A stretch of 64,000 bases of DNA, from the NCBI RefSeq assembly GCF_009914755.1, contig NC_060926.1; one strand, 5' to 3'. Source of the stretch: the human T2T-CHM13v2.0 reference genome, Homo sapiens. Below the pieces are notes generated by a model that was given only the letters and a program-made list of their open reading frames with translations, searched no databases and was not told the origin of the DNA. Positions 59,535 to 64,000 of this stretch are shown piece by piece. A program made the position numbers and the translations under genes. Every line of letters starts with the position of its first letter. The first letter of the stretch is position 1.

Positions 59535-59850
59535 TGCTGTGGGCTGAAGGTTTGCGTCCCCCCAAATCCTTACGTTGAAATCCTAAACCCCAGTGGGATG
59601 GTGTTTGGAGATGGGACCTTTGGGACGTGATTAGGTCATGGGGTGGAGCCCCATGAGGGGATTAGTGCCCTTGTAAGAAGAAACACCAGAACCAGCCTCT
59701 TCTCTCTCTACTCACCACCCTTCCTCTCTGCTAAGGACAGGGAGGAAGATGGTGTCTGCAAACCAGGAAGCAGCCTTGCCAGACACAGGATTGGCCACAA
59801 CCTTGACCCCAGACTTCCAGCCTCCAGAACTGTGAGAAATAAATGTCCAT
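59535..59850 (+). mobile_element. MLT1A-like LTR
   Basis: tgctgtgggctgaaggtttgcgtccccccaaa...cttccagcctccagaactgtgagaaataaat. Confidence 0.8.
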
Positions 59851-60332
59851 ATTGACTAGGGGCACAGGGCATGGGGGAACTGGTTCCAGACCTGCCTCCT
59901 GGGAAGTTGGGAGGGGGCATTTCAACCTGTTAATTTCTCAAATTATGTAGTCATTCAAAAAGAAATAGAAACACTTCATTAACTTTGTGATTGCCAAATT
60001 ATTGATCAATTCTCATAGAAAGTTATAACATTTCCCCTTTTGGTACATTTCTGTTAAAAAGAAGGTTGTCTTTCCAGCCTTATGTTTTGTAGTTTAATTT
60101 GCTCACATTCATTATAATCCATTATTTAATACATTTTTCTTCCATTTGATCATATTACTTGCTGATAGGAAGGACTGAGTTCATTTTCAGCGTGTCTGGC
60201 TTTTCCATTTCTGTGGCCTGGGAAGGTGGGTGGCTACATCATCATCCATGGTCTCTGAAATATCCTGTGTTACCAAGGCCTGCTTGTTCCACCAAACTGC
60301 TCCATAGGCAGTTGTGACACCCAGAAAGATGC

Positions 60333-60695
60333 TGATATGGTTTGGCTGTGTCCCCACCCAAATCTCATCTTGAATTGTAGTTCCCATAATCCCCAGGTGT
60401 CTGGGAGGGGCCCAGTGGGAGGTAATTGAGACATGGGGGCGGGTTTTCCCATGCTGTTCTTGTGATAGTGAATAAGTCCCAAGAGATTCTGATGGTTTTA
60501 TAAACAGGAATTTCCCTGCACAGGCTCTCTTGCCTGCCACCATGTAAGACCTGCCTCTGCTCCTCCTTCACCTTCCGCCATGATTGTGAGGCCACCCCAG
60601 CCATGTGGAACTGTGAGTCCATTAAACCTCTTTTTCTTTATAAATTACTCAGTCTCAGGTATTTCTTCATAGCATTATGAAAATGGACTAATACA
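60333..60695 (+). mobile_element. THE1 (C/D-like) solo LTR
   Basis: tgatatggtttggctgtgtccccacccaaatctc...ggactaataca; TSD gatgc. Confidence 0.92.
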
Positions 60696-61019
60696 GATGC
60701 AGCTAGCATGAGGGAACTGTCCTTGCCAACTTGGAGTTGTTCTCAGAAACTGCAGTAACTCAATACTGGGAACAGAAATGCACTACCCTGAGGTCAGGGA
60801 TTTTAGGATACAGTCCCGAAGCTTCTGTTGCCTTCAATGCCTTCACTGACATGGGATTTAGGGATTCAGAGTCCTGAAGCTTCTGTTGCCCGGGTAAGCC
60901 CTCAGTGCCTTCACTGACGTGCACAGAGCTGCTCTTTCTGTGAATGGATGCTATCCCAACCAGGAGGCCTGGAAACTGCGGCTTTGCGATTTTGAATTTA
61001 TGGAAGGAGTCCTTGGTGA

Positions 61020-61360
61020 CCCTCACAATCTGGAGGCCGAGAGTCCAAGGTCAAGCAGCTGGTTCCTCTGGAGGCTCCATGGAAGAAGCCCTTCCATGCT
61101 GGTTTTCTTCCTCTGGTGTTCCTGGCAACCCTTGGTGTTCCTTGCCTGGTGAATGAATCACCCACCTTTGCCTCCATCTGTCCATGGTGTTATCCCTGTG
61201 TCTCTGCCCAAATCTCTCTCTCCTTATGAGGACACCGAATGGATGAGCTCATTTCAACTTGATCACATGTGCAAAGACCCTATTTCCAAATGAGGTCACA
61301 TTTTCAGGTGTGAGGGTTAGAACTTCAACTATCTTTTTGGGGGACACAGCACCATCCACA
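61020..61360 (-). mobile_element. MLT1B/C-like LTR fragment
   Basis: ctcacaatctggaggcc...gtccaaggtcaag...gcaaagaccctatttccaaatgaggtcaca. Confidence 0.7.
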
Positions 61361-63408
61361 GCCGTGAGGACATTGGACAAAGCCCAACTTGGACCTGACT
61401 CGGGTCAGGGGGGAGGGGCACAGGGAGATTTGCCTTTTTCCTGTTTTGCCATTTTCCACGTAACTCGTATTTGCTACTTTAGAGGAACCATTTATGGAAA
61501 ACTACAGGATAAAGGATAAACAAATGGTGGAGGAAAGGAAATCTGTTAGCAATCAGAGAGATTGTTAATTTCCTTGATGAGGAGCCAATTGGTTGAAGGG
61601 TGCCTGTAATTTACAACTTCAGTCTTGGGAAAAATGTGCACAGTTATTTTTTGGTCTCCATGAAGGAAACGTTTAGACGGGCACTCATGGGGCTGATTAC
61701 CGATTCAGAGGAACATGCAGGGGGCATCCACCCTCCAGGCGTGGGAAGAGAGAAGCACATGCTTCCGGGAGGCCAAGGCTGAGCCGGGCTTAGGAGTGTC
61801 CTCTCCAGGTACTAAGTTAATTTTATGGGAGCTGAAGCCTCGCTGCTTCTCGGAGCCTGGGGAGTTGGGAGCACTGGCCCTGGGCTCTGTGTGGCCTGGA
61901 ACTGCGACTGCAGCTTGGAATTCTTGGGCTCAGCTATGGCGGCCTGTGCCCTTCTCCAGGCATGGTTTGGGCCGTGTCCCTGGAACAGCAGCTGAGGTCC
62001 TGGTGCCAGCCCCATCACAGACGGCAGGGGACCTGAGATAGACATGGCCCCCTCTGCCCAGGCCCCCTTGCTGGAAAGGCAGAGGCACATCTTACCTCCG
62101 GGGACCCCACTCTCACCTCGGAGGATGTTTTAGGCCATGCTGTGTGTTGCCATCTTTGGGAAAAACTAGTTTAACGAAGGAGTCATGAATTTGGCGAGGG
62201 GCCGCCTCTGCTGACGGTGTTTCCTGAGTCCCTGCCCTTCACTGGGGCACGAGGGCACATGTGCCTCCGTTGCGCACCTGGGTGGGTGGGGCTGGCCGTG
62301 ACCAGCGGTTCCAGGTGACGCTGCCCTGGGAGAGCTCCTTGGCAGGGCTCTGGGGTGAGCTGGGCAGGGACCCGGGAGGTCAGAGGCCCCTGGGTCTTGG
62401 CCAAGCAGCTGGAGAGCTGGTGCTGGGAGTGTGTGCTGAGGGGTAGCACGGGCCGAAGGGCTCCTTCCCACTGGCTCTGTTGGCTCAGCCTCGAATTGTC
62501 TGCAGGGACGCCTGCTGGCCACACATCACCATGAGGATGCACTTGACTGAATCTGGAAGAATCCCAGGGCTGTGGAAGATTTTGGAAGATAAAATGCCCC
62601 CAAGGAAGCATTAATTAATAAATGAATAAATATGCCCAGGCTTAAACGAATTTCCTGCAACAGCTATTCACTGGGCAGGCCCTGGTAGGGTCCTTGCCTT
62701 CCCCACACCTGTTTGAAGTGTAGGTCCTTCTCAGAATAGGCAGAAGGAGCAGGTGGCACTGATGAGATGGAGCAGTCGTCACCCACATTCCCACACCTTA
62801 CCAGGATGAGGATCTCCAAACTGGGGCAGAGCTGGGCTCCATGAGTGAGCATTGCGTTGAGAAACCACCCTGTGTAAGTACAAAGAGGCTTGTCCCACAG
62901 CTCCTGGTCACCAAAAGCTGTCAGCAACTCTCACTGGACCTTGGGTCTTGGGCACGTCCCTCCAGCCTCAGTGCCCCGGGAAGGAATTCACAGAGAGCGG
63001 CTTCAACCTCCCAGGGCCATGTAGAGGCCAAACCAGAGCGACTGTGGGTAGAGCGCCTTGCCCAACCTCGGCCCGGCTACAAGGGCATCGCAGGCCAGAC
63101 CCTTCACTTGGCTCTCCCCATGTGCCCACGTCCTCCGGGAGCTCCGGCTGTCACAGCTGAAGGTAGAAATCTTCTTACGGTCCCCCACACTGTGTCTGCA
63201 CAAAGTGAGACGCTGACTTCCCAACTCACCCACCTGCTGCGCTGGGTCAAGCTGATAAGAGCAGCCCCTGAAGCCACAGAAAAATCCTAGGCATGCCAGG
63301 AAAGTGCGAAGCCCCCGGGGGCCCTGGGATGTGAGCTCTGCGCGTGGAGGTGTGTTGGCTTGGGGTGATCTTTCCAATGGACTTCAGAGCCTCCAGGAGA
63401 CCAGAGAA

Positions 63409-63625
63409 CAGAGCTCTGGGACGGGGGGCACAGGCGCGATGTGGGGTCAGCTTGTCTCCCCGAGGAGACTCCACAGTCCAGAGCTCTGGCACAGGGGGGC
63501 ACAGGCGCGGTGTGGGGTCAGCTTGTCTCCCCGAGGAGACTCCACAGTCCAGAGCTCTGGACAGGTGGGCACAGGCACAGTGTGGGGTCACTTGCCCCCC
63601 TCACCCTGGGAGACTTCACAGTCCA
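63409..63625. repeat. Minisatellite, ~70-71-bp unit, 3 copies
   Basis: cagagctctgg...ggcacaggcgcg.tgtggggtcagcttgtctccccgaggagactccacagtc repeated. Confidence 0.9.
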
Positions 63626-64000
63626 GGCAGAACTCACCGGAAGGAAACAAACTCAGGTCTGCCAGGGCACATTTTGCACTTGCCATGAGTGTGGTGGTTC
63701 TGTTAACATTCCCAGTAAATCCACTGTCCCATCAGGACACAGGAAGGGAGGTTCCTGGGGCAGGGGCCTTGCCAGGGGCATGTGACTTCTGGTGGAGCTC
63801 TGGGCCCCGCAGGTCTGGACATGGCTGTATTCTTCATTAGTGCCATCTCTGGGCCATGTTTCTTTAAAGACGTGACGAAGAGTCTCTTTATTTTTATTAA
63901 TTGAATCATTAATTAGTTTTTGCATAGGGAAGTTGCCAGGTTTTAGTTCTTTTAGAGAATTCTCAGCTTCCCAAATAGGTATTAATGATCAAAGCTCATT

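Overview
This is primate, very likely human, non-coding genomic DNA, not prokaryotic. It contains Alu elements (AluJ/S/Y, FLAM), a ~5.9 kb decayed L1PA13-16-type LINE-1, many old L1M fragments, MaLR LTRs (MLT1/MST/THE1), ERV1 LTRs (MER4, MER39-like), a ~7 kb degraded ERV1 internal region and an LTR18-like solo LTR. About seven GC-rich minisatellites (units of 19-71 bp) and several TG-rich tracts are also present. The GC richness and VNTR density suggest a distal or subtelomeric chromosome band, but I cannot place the locus. No protein-coding gene can be supported: the long ORFs are tandem-repeat artefacts or broken L1 frames. I found no convincing new biological system. The best leads are a palindrome-bounded micro-inversion in a MER4A LTR, minisatellites born inside transposons, higher-order structure within the VNTRs, a strong 23-nt micro-exon candidate and CpG-rich remodelling of old TEs. 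Repeat family names come from my recall of consensus sequences and most boundaries are approximate; both need RepeatMasker/Dfam confirmation.
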